Notes under the pieces: generated by a model
What the model was told of the DNA's origin: nothing
The model's database searches: none
Seen by the model: only the letters and a program-made list of their open reading frames with translations
Shown here: positions 26,586 to 41,142 of the stretch, piece by piece
Layout: each line of letters begins with the position of its first letter
Numbering within the stretch: position 1 is the stretch's first letter
Program-made: the position numbers and the translations under genes
NCBI GenBank assembly: GCA_000320545.1
Contig: ADNK01002594.1
Coordinates: 7,264-71,263 of the forward strand
DNA length: 64,000 nucleotides
Origin: Bigelowiella natans CCMP2755
Lineage: Eukaryota > Protista > Cercozoa
Direction of reading: 5' to 3'

Positions 26586-27238
26586 AGCAAGAGCGGGATT
26601 TATACGTGTGCAAGCAAGAGGTTTATCAGGCCTAATTTCAGTTGGAGAATATCCCATGATAGTTGTAGTTCTCAAATCAAGCAAACACAACGCAAATGTA
26701 CATAGGCGACATAGAGGGAGCTAAGTTCAAAACTCACAGGTAGCAAACGAATTTATGTACGTAGTTCATATTCCTACAATCACATCTCTTGACTTATCAA
26801 TCAAAGTTGCAAGTAGCCTCTCACACTTCTTCTTTAATTCTGAAGTTCTACGGTCTCCACACTTTTATCCGAGGGAGGAATCAGCTCCTTTTATCGGGGG
26901 GTAATACGAATTCGTATAGTGTTCACAGGACTGCAATCACTATTAATACCACCACCACCACCATCACCATCACCTATGCTAAACATGTGATTGAATTCGG
27001 ACAACATTAACTGAATTAAAATTTCTAGGCTCCCTGGAGGCTATTCAGGCAAATAATCGGTATTTTCGTTCTTGACAAGGCTCGGTGAGAACAACTAAAT
27101 GGAAGAATCGACGATCACAGCGACGAACACAATGCACACATGCACCTCTCTAATCGCAATAGATTCCTGAACGTTGCCATCTTTTATTTTGATCTTAGGA
27201 TGACAATCTCTCCCATGCTCTTTCCAGATCGCTTCTAA
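24403..27238 (+). CDS. Mitochondrial carrier family (SLC25) protein
   Basis: Exons MQNLSERENM|VVGGICGLME, NYWKNARQQGLPFTLDPRI|YRGYFSNCANF, PLELIMIQQQRK (Px[DE]xx motif), RGLTMTALREGVYTGG, GGLFACYLSHP, GDIEGAKFK, APWRLFRQIIGIFVLDKAR|MTISPMLFPDRF* (TAA 27236-27238). Confidence 0.85.
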
Positions 27239-28130
27239 TTGCGTGTATACATGCACATGTGTATGTACACATATCTAGATATGACGAGCGTGAGAAAAGT
27301 TAATTAATTAAATGACGCCAATCATAATTAAGGCCTAATGGCACCATGGAATGCTTAGCGCGCAGCCTAATCGCTTAAGATGACACAGGGCGCTCACTTT
27401 CAAGCTTTTCAGCAAAGCGTATGCAAATCCGTAGGGGCTGTTGTCATGCTTGCTTCAACATGCGTACAGCATAAGCATGTGCACACCATTGAACACATTT
27501 TCATTTTGTCGCCGGTGTTAGACACTGTTGCACTCTCTATCCAGCACCTTTCTAAGCTTTTCCAATTGTCTTGTCATCGCGATTCTTGATTTTCGCTCAT
27601 TCTTGGCAGTGTTCTCCGTTGCATTCAAGGGAAGAACCTAGCAAATGGCATTCAGCATGCTAGCATGCTCTCTAACTCTGCTAGCTAGCTAGTCTGGTGC
27701 AAAATTCGATTCCCTTTCTGCTGAACCAAGCTAGCAAGTTTGAACAAAATCGCTAGATCGGTGAAAATTTCACGAAGAAACAAAGAGCGAGCTTTCATGT
27801 GATGTTCAAATCGCAATTTGCAGTTGCATGAAAATGGCATCACGCCAGTACTTGATTGTCCATCACGGTCTCTTCGACATTTAGTTCAGTTTTTGCGCGC
27901 AAAAGTGCAAAATTGCCGATGCTTTGCTACGTTACGCGCATTTGTTGTGCGCAAGAAAATGTGACAGTCCGTGACGACGAACGATCTAGATGATATGTAT
28001 GGCTACGATAGATGTTGAACGTTTCAAACATATTAATAGCAGTCAGAAGCAATAGCTGTCTTTGCCCGCTTTGGAGTTTTATGTAATTCTCACACATTTC
28101 TTGATTCCGCCGCCATATGAAATGCTGCTA

Positions 28131-29543
28131 TTACCTATCCGAGTTCAGAAGCGAGTGTATGTTTGCAGGCATATTCGAGTAGCTCTTCGAGGAGTAATGT
28201 CTCAGTTTCTCATTCTGGAGAGTAGATGGAAGAGGGGGGGGGAGGGAGATGCATAGTTTGGTCAGATGAAGAAATAATGATATTGATGAGATTGTTTGGT
28301 GAGGACAAAGAGAGCGCTGTTGGTACCTCTTGTTGCTGGCTCTGCAGCTGCGCCATCACCTATCAGGAGCAGCACAACGACAGGAGAATGAATATGTACC
28401 ATATGGAGAGTATGGGGATCATAGTGAAGAGACAATATAAACGAATTGTACAACACGACGTTCATCATCAGCATCATCATCATCATCCCCGACATCAAGT
28501 CGTCGTCATCATCATCTATCAATCACCTGCAACCGTGCTCGCATCGACTCATAAAACTTGTCCGTATCCTCCTTCACAGGGCACGCTAGATTCTCGTTCA
28601 GAGTGAACCTGACGACAACAACGACCGATGATGATTATGATGATTGTGATGATGATGGTGATGATGATTGTGATGATGATGACGATACTGGAGAGGCGGC
28701 CTCATGTATTCTTAATGCATTCGTTGTTGGAGAGGTTAAAGATGCACTCACAATTTCACGTTCCCAGAAGACGAACCCACAGCAATTTTGCGTCCTAGGA
28801 GAAACGAGCAAATGATCAGCTCATAAGCAGCAGCTGCGAAGATTAGTAAGTAACAGGGGGGGGGTAGATGGTAACAGGTCGCCCTCCATGATCATCATCC
28901 TCGTTATTGAGAAGATATGAAGACATGATGGGTGTGTTCTTGGTGTTTTCTCTCCTTCTTTCTCCCTTACTGATACTATTACTACTCACTCCTCACCGTC
29001 ATTTGAGAATGCTAGTTTGCCAACAGATCGGTCCTGAGCAGTAAAAGTCAGATAACACCGACGATGCCATACGTAAGCGCGAAGAAGAAGAATCAGTGTG
29101 TTTGGCATGAATCGATGATGATGACGAAAATGAGTAATTTATTCATATATCATGATGTAGTAGTAGTAGTTGTTGTAGTAGTAGTGGTAGTAGTAGAAGA
29201 GGGAAGTTTGAGAAAGTAGTTTTTATATTGGGATTGCTCTTTATCCCCACATCCCGCTCCTCCTCCTCTACGACTAAGCTACTTTTCACCAAAAACAAAT
29301 ATCTGATCGAAGGCTTTTTCACCACCCATTGAATTTACTATGGGCGACAACAACTGCACACCGATTGGATCCATCATCATCAATAATGAATGGATATAAT
29401 CTACGCGAAACTAACAGCCAGGAAGCTCATGAAGAACAGCGTCTGGCTGTGCGGTTCCGCGCTTTGACAACAAGCACGCGACACGAAGAAAGGATAGATG
29501 GAGGGGGGGGGTAGGAGGGGGGTAAAGAGTACACCAATGGATT

Positions 29544-29614
<71 letters not shown>

Positions 29615-29799
29615 CCGCCGCACCTTCTCGGTTGCCATGACGCTCTGAGTAGGCAACTCTGTGTCTTTGTTCAAGTTCCAGATGTCCAACATCCCTGATC
29701 AACCAGTGCCACCAGTAACGTGCATCAAGATGTCAAAATAAAAATGATGATTATGATGATGATGATGATGGTATGACTATATAAAGTTGTGCTCAAAGG

Positions 29800-29834
<35 letters not shown>

Positions 29835-30195
29835 GCAGCACCAGGAGGACTCTTTGCTGCTGCATGTGTCCTCTTATCTATTAGCTTCTGTGATAGCACT
29901 ACCATTTCCATCCCCCGTAGCAAAGATGGCTGGGTGTACCGGCGACCACTGAGAGGAGGGGGAGGAGGAGTGTGCGGTGAGGAAGTTATTTGAGAACATA
30001 AGCTATTTATTGTTATTATTATTATTATAATTATTATTACTCTCGTGCTTCCTCAGAATGTGAAAGTTGAAAATACTTCTCATCCATCATCACATCGTTA
30101 CTACTACAACTACTAGAGGCTGTTTGTTATGCAAGCTGAGCACAAGTCCTCAATTACCTTCACATCGTATACGTAATCCCTGCACCTATGGTGGT

Positions 30196-30275
<80 letters not shown>

Positions 30276-30635
30276 ACGCACGACAGACGTATGAGTACAT
30301 GGTAGGAAGTTAGAACAATCGTGAATGGTTTGATCTAAGATACATCATAATAGCAGCAATGTTGTATCACACAAACACTTCGTAGTCATTATCGCCATCC
30401 TCATCATCACCAGCAGCAGCTTTACCTTTCGAATACGTATAGTGGTTTACGAGTCTTTGTGTGCCATAGCTTTGTTGTCCAATCGAAGGAAGAGGTGATA
30501 TACCTACCGGGATAAGGGAAAGGAGGAGGGGAAGGAGGAGGAAGCGACCCAGAGGAAATTATTGCATGATCATCATCATCACCACGGCTTTGCTGGTATT
30601 AATGTGATGTTGTCACTCTTTTTTTATTAATTGAT

Positions 30636-30707
<72 letters not shown>

Positions 30708-32253
30708 TCTTCCTCTCTGTCTTTCGGTCTTATTCTCCTCGTTCTTCGTTGGTGAGTGATATCGTCTCGACGAGGTGGTATTATGTTAAACGTACAGCTC
30801 GGACATCACGGGTGGCAGTCCCTTGATGGGGGGGCGGAATCCCACGTTGGTGATAGGTGCTTTATGAGCTCCACTGATGAATGAGTAGATGCCGCGTGAG
30901 GCGTTTCCATCGTAGATTCGAGCTTTGTAGAGAACGCCTGAGGGAGGCAGTGATGAGGACATGTGTGGTGAGAATAAGAGACCAGAGGAGGGAGGAAGGG
31001 CGAGAGATACGACCTTCATCGGAACCCATCACTAGCGAGTTGGAGTCACGCCCTACAAAGCTGATGTAATTGCCATTATATGAGCATACCAAGCAAATAG
31101 CAACAAAAGCAAATCTCACCGCTGAAACCATCATCATCATCATCATCATCATCATCATTATCATCATAACAGCACCCAAAACACGTCGTTGTGATGTCAC
31201 GCTCCTTCACATCAGCCTTCTTGCCCACAAGCTGCATATCGAGCTCTGTGGAGGGCTCTTCCAAATGGTCAATGTCCTGCCAAATGCACACGTGCCCGTC
31301 GGTGGATACCTGATCATCGTTGTTGTTGTTGTTATTGTTGTTATTGATGATGATCCATCCATTGGCGACACAGACGATCAATATCGCTCATACACATACA
31401 TATTCGGAATAGTTCCGGAGCATTCTTGCTTGGTCTACTACAACTACACATAACCACCCAAAGCAAGAGCAAGCGACACTCGCACACTACTACTCCTTCC
31501 TAAAGACCGACCGAAAGCACGCTGTAGGCCTTATTCACGGCGGGCACACACGCCATAGCGTAAACGGGGTGAGTGTGTCCTTGGCTGAGCGATGTGCGGT
31601 TGACGGGTGTTATCTTTACGCTCATGTCCCATACAATGACCTGCCCTGACTTTGTTCCTGCGATGATGACCTCTGGCTTCGTTGGGTGAAACTGAGCTAC
31701 CAGCACCGCGCTTTGACAGGTCAAAACGTATTCGGGGCGGTCGGGCGTGTGGGTTGACCAAACAAGGACAAGGCCGTCAGGATCCATTGATAGATGCTCA
31801 ATGTGCGGCGCTGCGTATGAAACTAGGAAGAGACTGTCGTGTTTTGGGCTCCAGGTTATTGATGTGATGGGGCGGTTTTGCGTTCGCATGCCTGATCATC
31901 GACAAGGATGAGATGAGGTAATGTCTGTCTGTATATATGTGTGTATATGTGTGTACGTGTGAGTGTGAGTGTAAGTGTGTCACCGTGCGGTTGATGAGAG
32001 TACAGATATTATTCACACAAAAGTGGGTTGGTTGGATCATATCAATATGAAGGCGGATGATGGAGAGGAGGATGTGAACGTAATAATAATACCATAGGAG
32101 AAGTTGGATGTCTCGGACACCTAGGAGGAGGAGGAGGAGGAGGAGGGGGAGGAAGCGAAGAAATATAAGAACAATTCATTCTCAAATGCAATGAATAAGA
32201 ATTTGATAGGAGGATAATGCATTTGTAAAAACAGCAACAATATCTGCCTTATC

Positions 32254-32290
<37 letters not shown>

Positions 32291-32636
32291 CTATGTGTGT
32301 GTGCTTTATGCTATTTTGCAATATAATTGGCCACCACCATAGCTTCTTCCTTCTCATCCATCATATCATCCTTCTTCGCGTAGTCGATCGTCACGTCGAA
32401 TTCCTACCAGTAAAGCTTTCAATCAACGCACGTACGCACACACACGCGCGCACCAGAATAGGCACGAAAAAGGAACCAAGGTTGGGGGGGAATGGAGATG
32501 TTGAAGCAGGGCTCTTAGTAGTAGGTAGGCATTGTCCTGCCTCGCAATACTACCTCGTTTTGTTTTAGAGCTCTTTCAACCACCTGAGCATTTATTATGC
32601 ATAATTTTACACGTCTGTGTGCGTGCGCGTGTGTGT

Positions 32637-32675
<39 letters not shown>

Positions 32676-34663
32676 CGCTCCCATTCCTCATTATTGGCAC
32701 GATACGCATGTCCTGAAAATGGTAAGGAGCACCTTCGAAGATGAGCGGAAAAAATCGAGGAAATGTTCTGTCCGCATGATGCGTTTTCTCTCCGCAAGCG
32801 GTAATAGCTGAGCCTGCAGCATTGAGGGTGGGAGGTGGAAGAGAATGATGAGAATAACCATAGCGACTAAAGAACTCCTCCCCTAGGAGGGGAAGTGAAG
32901 GAATACATATACCTGAAACGCCTTTTCTTCTGCCCTTTCGTCTTCTATACTCTTGACTTCTGTCTTAATCTTTGTAGCGCCCTCAAAGCCAACCGAGCCC
33001 TCCTGGTCATCTATTAGAGTTGATTAATTCATCATCATCACCCTCTTCAGGAGTGCACACCAGACATCCAGCCAACACAGACAATAGTGTGGTTTTTATT
33101 CTGTTTTTCATGTCAAAGTAAGTTGTAAGTAGCCAATACCTGGGCCACACCCAACCGAGTTCTTTAATGCTTTCTGAACATACGAAAGGGGGGGGAAAGC
33201 AAACACTTATGGCTCGGCTAATAAGAGACATCATCTAAGTGTTTCTAATGTGTTTATTTTTCTTATCCAATGCTGCTTCTGTTTCTTTTCAAATGTTTTA
33301 CATCCAGCAGGTACATTCTATCATCTCGCAATCAAGCGTGCATTGGAACAGATATTCATTTTCAAAGATCGTCTTCATTTTCTCCCAGAGAAAGTGTTTC
33401 TGGAATACCTCTAACTCCTCCTTCAACTCTGCTTCCTTTTCCGTCTCTAGTTTGATTTGGATACCCTGCAAGATAAGACAGGAGAGGGAGGAGGAGAAGG
33501 AGGAGAAAGAACAACACGGATAAGCAAGTGACAGAAATGGGCACAAGAGCTGACATACAACTTACTTTATCATAGCAAATGACGCGCGGCGCGGGCTGGA
33601 TGTTGTGCGTAATCTTTGAGCTGAAACCTAATTCCGCCTTCTGGTGGTATTAAAGAGGGGGAATTGGGTAATAAAAGGCCATATGAATGTCAGAATGGAA
33701 GCAATGGTGACGTTGAATCGGCAGCAGCAGCAGGCCATAACATTATCACATTGAAGAAATATCCCCGATCAAGAGTCGAGCCATGAAACGGAAATATCAA
33801 CATTTTCGTTGTGAAAATCACAACTTGAGAAATTTGTAGTATTATGCTATATGATATACTTCCTTCTTTGCAGGGGACACTATGTGGCTGATACTCTTCA
33901 ATACTTCCGATGCTTTCGCTGTGAGATTTACAGATTTTGCAGGGGTTGAAGCACCAGCATTTCCGTCGTTGCTATTCTCTGTTCCCCCACTAGTCGTCAC
34001 TGGAGCTACACCCAAAACGTCAGTACCCGTTCTATTAATAAAAGAAGAAGCGTTGTCAGGTAGACAATCAGATCTAAAAGGAATTGATTTGGGCTATGTA
34101 TGAAGTGCCGCTTGCGCCACAGCAGAGGGTAAATCATAGAGGAAAAATACAATGCCTATTTACTCAATGTCCTCCAACTCTCCAAATCCATCCTCACTTA
34201 TTTGCCAAAAAATTAGGAAGGGGATGATTTTCCATAGAGTTTCCAAGTACCAAGAAACCAATTCAAACACACGCTCCTCAAACATCTTTTTATTAATGAT
34301 ATGGAGTGTAATTAAATCGAACGGCAGCAGCAGCAGCAATACAGTATATTCAAGGAACTGTTTTACAAAGCTTTTACTGCGACAGCGCAACGATTTTTTG
34401 TTTGAATCGGAATCCGATTCAAGATGAAATATTTCTATTTCGATACGTTCTTACTTAACCTGCGTATTGCTCTGAAAATATACGCGAGGGGTGTTTTGTT
34501 TCTCTTACGTTGGGTCTTCGGTCTTCGCTACAGTACTTGCCATTGCTCTTCTTCTAGCCTCTTGCCGTTTCTTACGCTCTTCCTTCATCCTCTTCAGCCT
34601 AGCAAGGCGTTCCTCCTTCTTTTTCAGAAGCGCTTGCATGTCCTCCTTCGTGTACCCGCTCAT
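28131..34663 (-). CDS. DYNC1I: Cytoplasmic dynein 1 intermediate chain (N-terminal coiled coil + WD40 repeats)
   Basis: N-terminus [37 protein letters not shown]40 exon [20 protein letters not shown]...[34 protein letters not shown]...GHTHPVYAM, plus exons [43 protein letters not shown] and [15 protein letters not shown]. 3' end tentative. Confidence 0.9.
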
Positions 34664-35542
34664 CTTTTCCCTTTCTAATTAATCTCCACTGGTAAATGGC
34701 AAGTAATAAAATATTAGAAATCACAGTGTTTCAATCATTCGTGATCATAAATGGGGGTGGAAACTGTTAAATGTATATCATTGCATGTAGAAGGCCACTG
34801 CTCCCTTATCGTTTTAAAGTTTTCTGATTCTGGCATCTCTTTTAAATACAATCAATGCTAAAACCCAGTCAACGACATCCCATCGTTTTTTGGATTTTAA
34901 TCATTTCGCTCCTTCGGCATAAAATAACCTCCCCTCTGGAGCGGTGCAGCAAACGGCAGGGGTGGGGGAGAGGCTGACCTGATTGGGCAACTGGATTGGA
35001 CGAAAAATCTTGACACAAATTGTGTAAAAATACATGTGGTTTTCACCCTACGTCATGGATGAAATGAAGCCTTTTGTGAAAGTGTTTTCTGTTGATCAGA
35101 TGCTCACCTTTAAGCCCTCAGTTGGGACCTCTTCCATGAAAGAACGCCTTAGACGAAAGGTCGGAATTTTTACATGTGCATTGTCGCAGGTTGAAAAATC
35201 ACATTTGTTTGCACTGTTCTTCGTTGATTTGGTTGGATTGTTGGGAGTCTCTGGTCTTGCAGCCTCCAAACCCCCCACTTCAAAATTTGCCTAACAAATT
35301 CTGTGTTCAGTAGGTTGGCCTGTTTCAGGTATTTCTACTATTCATGGAAATCCTGAAATCCGAGCAGGGCAAATCCTAGATCTACTCATAGATCTACGAC
35401 GTAAGAAATTTCCTGAGAAATTGGCGGGACGCTGTTTCATGTGTTGATACTTCCGTCGCATGTAAGCTAAGCTCCCTTTCGCCTTCCATAATTCGTTCTT
35501 CGAGGAGCATAGTAGGCCTAGGTAGACCATAAACCACCATCC

Positions 35543-37112
35543 ATGAAATCATCAACGACGTTGTCAGCAACCGTGCAAGGACAAGAAAAAGAGTTGAAAA
35601 ATGAGGGATGCCGATTATCTGTGAGCGACGAAGTGAATGAGGAAGTTGACGAGAAAGTAAAACCTAATCTTTCTGTCGATCCAATGGCGAAACGTCAAGA
35701 TCAGTCGACACGTCCACAACCAAGAAAACGAAAGCGCAAAGGCAAGGAATATAATAATAAAAAGATCTTTATGAAGCTGAGTGTAATGCTTTGCCGATTA
35801 CCGTATTCTAACATCGTCACCTCTCACAGTTAGTAATATCGAACTATGTCCGGTCAAAACTTTAAGAACTTGGGGAGATCTTTATAGCGCAAACTATCGT
35901 TGGTTTCAATCTGGCTTCAAGAAGTAGTATTCATTATGTGCTAGAGACGAACCCTAATGTCTAAGCATGGCTATAACGCCCAGGTTGGATCTTTTACTTG
36001 GTGGAGGAATAAATACAGGAGAGGTGCTGGAAGTTGTTGGGTCATCATCCATCGGTAAAACGCAGGTAATATTTACAGTTGGTGGCAATTGTGAATCAAG
36101 TTTTTGGAATTTGTGAAATCCTAATCGCATCAATATTTTCATTATTTGGTTTCAATTTACCCTTCAGTTATGCCTGACTGTGGCCTCATATCTTGCCGCT
36201 GTTTCACAAGACTCTATCATTTATGTTGACACGGCAAACACATTTTCTCCAACTCGAGTTCAAACCTTATATCAAGCGTTCACCACAAAGGTATCTAATC
36301 GGAGATTGGAACTTCCTGCATATATGATTTGACATGATTGGTTGAATAGCCGCTGCGACAAGGATTAAAGCAGATCAAAGTGTACAAGGCGGTAAATGCA
36401 TTTGCGTTGAATACGGTCCTTGAAGAAATCAAATCGAAACTTCAAAATAGGGTTATGTTTCTTTCGAACGCTGTTACGTTTAGATTCTAATGTAAAATGT
36501 TTCAGAACGATCCATTCTTTCGGAGATTACGCCTTTTAATCATAGATTCCATTGGAATAATTGCTCCCTTTACCAAAAAATTTAGAGGTAATCTCTGCGA
36601 CTACAAAAACAACATTTTAGAGTTGTATACATCTGTCTTATTCCTACAGGACTTGCTCTAATGGCTGAGACAGGAAGAAGAATTCAAACTTTAGCTCAGA
36701 GATTCAACCTTGCACTTCTGGTTGGTATACGTAAGCTTCGTTTGCACAGTAAATTCGCATTAAATTGATTTATTTTCAACAGGTGATAAACAGCACCGTC
36801 CGAGCTGAAGGACCAACTGCATTGAAACCAGCTTTGGGTCATCTATCCGAGACTTAAGATTATCACAAGTACTAAATTATGTTTTCGCATAGGGGAGACG
36901 TGGAGTCACTTCGCAGATGCTAGAATATCGATGTATTTCAATCCACTGAACAAAAGCGAACGATTGATGGCCTTAGTGAAGTCACATAATATGGTGAGAA
37001 GATCTTCGATTATTTTGTGATACTATCTAAATATTTACACCTAAATATTTTCAAACAGAAACTTGGGTCTTGTATCAAATTTTCGTTTAACGACGTAGGA
37101 CAATTATCGTAG
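35543..37112 (+). CDS. RAD51D: RAD51 paralog, RAD51D-like; possible extra 5' exons from ~35055
   Basis: Spliced: LDLLLGGGINTGEVLEVVGSSSIGKTQ (Walker A)|LCLTVASYLA...IIYVDTANTFSPTRV; LRLLIIDSI (Walker B); GLALMAETGRRIQTLAQRFNLALL|VINSTVR...LKPALG|ETWSHFADARI. GLALM and KPALGxxW are typical of RAD51D. Stop TAG 37110-37112. Confidence 0.85.
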
Positions 37113-37661
37113 TATTAACTATATACGGAGCAGTATTACTACAAAATTTTTCGATCAGAAGTCATTGCTATGTTAAATAATTGGAATAGTAAGCAGAACT
37201 TCACCCTAATCCATTACATCGCTCACATGCAAGTGTGCAAGCTATACCTGGCGAAGATACAGCGCAGTAATAGTAGTCGTACGTTCATGCGCCTTCGACA
37301 CGCCTTTAATAGGCCATGCTAGCATGAGCTTAAATTCATACCCTTGACAGATAATGCGCTCGAGGCGTTCGATAGCCGAATATTCACACTAGCTTGTCCG
37401 CTAATATACGCCTTAAGTACGCAGCATTTATAATTTGCATAATTCGCCAAGAATATTATGCATACAACTTTATAGCTAGTCCGCACATACTTGTATAACG
37501 TGAATACATGAACACACACGAAGCGCATGTACATAGCATATGAATGCACCTGCATGCAAAGAAATGCGTTGCAAGAACAAAAATTGGAGACTCCACATGA
37601 AGTAATGAACGTATTATTTGCGTCACAATCGTATTTGATGTTTTCTCCTTCAAGCGACGTG

Positions 37662-39445
37662 CTATAATCCAGAATTAGATTCCCCAGAGTGAATATTTTC
37701 TAACCCAGGGAGCATCTACAAAAATGAAAATTAATATAATTAAGACTGAAACGGAAACTTGATACCTTCTTCACAATATGATCCGCCCAATTTCTGTAAC
37801 CTGATGAAAACTAAAATTATAATCTTCGTTTATGCTTCCAACCCATTTTTATAATACCCTTTTCACTCGGATGTATTCCATCTATAGCCCAGTCATCCTC
37901 TTTGTAGTGCTCTGGCTCGCGAATGAATTTCACTTCGTTTTCCTTAGCCCAATTATTCGCCAAAACAATTAATTTTGACTATTAAGATTCAGAATTATGC
38001 TTGTACCTCCCCAGAGAGTAAGTGTTTTTGATGGTCCCAAATCTTAGCCACCTAGTGAGATTGATTCAATTAACTATCCTCCAACTCTGTCAGTCTATAA
38101 TAAACCTTGTAAAGTATCTGGTTTAACGGAAATAATGGTTTGAACAATGGTGCGCGATCTATAGGTAGTGCTGGGAGAACGATCTGGAGAGAAGTAAAGA
38201 AGCCATGGCAAGTTTAAGTCTATGATAAATACTCCCAGTCATCTTTTGGTAAATCCACCCGAGCTTGCTCTCCAACGACGATTTTAATCTCTCGAATTAA
38301 TTTCTGTCAGAAGTATATAATTCAGACACGTAGAGGAGAAATAATGATGAAAGTGACAACCCGAAGATCCTCTTTGAAACTGGAAGGCATTCGCCCCTCT
38401 TGGACCAGGCGCTTGTAGTCATTCAGCCCACACATTATCACAACTGCTGTGACCTGCACCAGCATAAACTCAGAATTTGGTGATATTTTTATCCTCTCGA
38501 GTACGTTTATGATTTTATGTTCGTGGATTACTCAAGAAGTAATATAAACCTTTGAGCTATCTTTTCCTACAGTCTCCTCCATCTCCTTTACGAGCTTCTC
38601 GCGCATACTGTTCACATCCCCCCCATCAATTCCAAGAACCTTTTGCAGATTAATTTATATTGTGAGTATATACGACTAGATTCCCTATAATTAATTCTCA
38701 CTCTCCAACACACGCGCTTTTTCAATGCCCGTGCCGCAACTCTCGATATATGACGCGCAAAAACCGGGCCTTCTTGACGATCAGGACACCCAATTCCAAT
38801 CACCTAAGGTTCCAGTGTTCAAGATAACGTACATTTTATCGACGTAGATGAGAAGGGCTGTATATTACCAAGGAATCACCCAAGAAGAGAATCTGGATTT
38901 CTTCGAGGTTCTTTTTGTCTCCGTCTTTGACATCCGGTTCCTGTTTTACGACTGTTCTTAGGCATCGAGCACCTATTCTTCGAAATTGCTACCTCTACTC
39001 CGTATAAAGCTCCCTTAGGAGGTGTTAGAGGAACGTAATCGTTCCGCAAGTGGTAGTATTGCCAGACTGATACCCCCTGCAAAGAACAGAGTAGGGTACT
39101 TGTAGGCAGTGATTGGAGAGTCGACTATCCACTAATGTTAACCTAATGTTAGCCTAACCCTTCCCTTCTCTTTCTACATCTACCCCAAAAAGTGTTGCAG
39201 CTCCTGCGAAGCCTCGGCTCGCTCTTTGCCAGAATGTTGTCTGAACCACACCACTAGATCAGCTGTCCTCCATGGTACTTCATTCGACAGGGAAAAATAG
39301 CCTGTTCTCCCTCTACGACGATTTGGACATAACCTTCCTAGACTGGCCTGGTTTTTGATGGAATGTGCTCATACAACTCTTCTCCTTCCTGGTGATACGC
39401 CTTCGTGTGCTGGATCGCGTCATCGCTCCAGCGGCTCGACGCCAT
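37662..39445 (-). CDS. SGNH/GDSL-family hydrolase (lipase/esterase)
   Basis: Block I ILFLGDSL|VIGIGC, block II VLGIDGGD, block III IMCGLND and block V DWAIDGIHPSEK|GYRNWADHI recovered across short introns. Confidence 0.85.
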
Positions 39446-40208
39446 CGCTGCATTCTCATCGTGCAGACCGATGCAAGAGGATGATTACAAATCCTTTATG
39501 GAATCTGCAGATCATTTAGGATATTATCCCGGTATAATTTGTCCTTAATATTCCGGCGCTGTTTTGTTTCAATCAGCAAAAAGGAACGTTCTGTCCTCCT
39601 CCAGGCGACAAGAGTTTTTGGAAGTCGCAAGTCGAAAAGGCTACTAGCCTCCTCTTCGGGATTGAGATCTTCCTATTTCAGAGTAGCGACAACAATATAT
39701 GCTTGTCGCAGTTCTGAAATAGACAACTGCGGCTGGCGCGTTGCTAGAAGGAGGAGGAGGTACGGCGCCCCTTCCTAACATTTTCCAATTCCAAAACACT
39801 GCATTGACGTGGTAAAAATGTTGGGCACCTTCACAAATACAACATTTTTAATGATTGAATCCACTAGCGAAAAACTTTAGAGTAAATTGATTCGGACAGT
39901 AGAACGATCATCAGCATGGTTCTCTGCTGTCGTTTCGCAGCATTGTGTTGCAAACACATGGTTGCAAAAAATTGCAATGAAAGGACCCCTCAGCACTGTA
40001 AAGGCCTAGAAATAACGGATTGGGAATTTCTAATTGCCCATATGAATAATCTTTCACACTATCTCCTGAAGAACCAGAAACGAAAGGGTGTTTTATGGGA
40101 TGCATTATAGAATAAAGAAATTTATGAAGGGAAAAGGTTGTATGGTGATACGAGCTGAGAATTTTATTTTTTTGTGCTTCACAGTGATTTTTTCGAAGAA
40201 TACTTGCG

Positions 40209-41142
40209 ATGGCAATGACTCCAGCGAAGAGAAGGTTGATGCGCGACTTTCGTCGCCTTCAGCAGGATCCACCTCAAGGCGTAACAGGAGCGCCAGAAGA
40301 ATCAAACATCCTCAAATGGAGTGCAGTTATATTCGGGTAGAAAGTTATGAATGACCACAGTTATATAGTATTTCCATCACACAAAAGAAGCCTTTATTCT
40401 TTAAAAAAACCATTAGTCCCCTGAAACGAATGCAATTGAGAGGTTTACTGTTTCGTAAATCTGCAAAGTTGTTGATCCTATTTATGGTGTAATTGAGCAT
40501 CTGTGTGCTTAACATATGTGAATTTTGATGGAAAATAGACCTGATGACACCCCCTGGGAAGGTGGGACCTTCAAGCTGACCCTAGAGTTCACAGAGGACT
40601 ACCCAAACAAACCTCCAAAAGTCGTCTTCGTTACCAAGATGTTCCACCCAAACAGTAATTAGAATTTCACCCCTTATTGACCAAAAATCAAGTTGAATGT
40701 GATGATCGAACTTGACTTTGTATTCGTTCTTTCTATTTCAGTCTATGCGAACGGACAGATATGCCTTGATATTCTCCAAAATCAATGGAGCCCTATCTAC
40801 GACATTGCTGCTATTCTCACCTCGATACAGTCACTCTTAACCGACCCAAACCCTAATTCTCCGGCAAACGTAGAAGCCGCCAAGCTGTACCAAAGCAACA
40901 GAAGGGAGTATGATAGAAAAGTTATGAAGTTTGTAGAAGATAGCTGGGATGACGATGACGACGAGGATGATGATGAAGATGAGGATGAAGATGATGAAAA
41001 AGAGGCAACAGAAAAAGAGAAGGAAGTAGAGGCGAAAAATGCTGCTACTAGTTCAGCTGATGATCAAAAACAGGCGGAACAAAAGGAAGGAAATAATATG
41101 GCTGAAGAAAAATCTAGTAATACCCCTTCTTCGTCGTCGTGA
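40209..41142 (+). CDS. RAD6: Ubiquitin-conjugating enzyme E2 RAD6/UBC2 with acidic C-terminal tail (3 exons)
   Basis: [29 protein letters not shown]...WSAVIFG|[28 protein letters not shown]...MFHPN|[33 protein letters not shown]..., with the catalytic Cys in ICLDIL and a poly-Asp/Glu tail. Confidence 0.96.

Noticed and set aside
27517-27637. Exon-like minus-strand segment (VLPLNATENTAKNERKSR...) as the last dynein IC exon
   Set aside because: An in-frame stop is available at ~28131 and the segment lies within the degenerate spacer; not resolvable without RNA data.
35543-41142. RAD51D + RAD6 as a DNA-repair gene cluster
   Set aside because: They are separated by an unrelated hydrolase, and two repair genes in 64 kb is compatible with chance.
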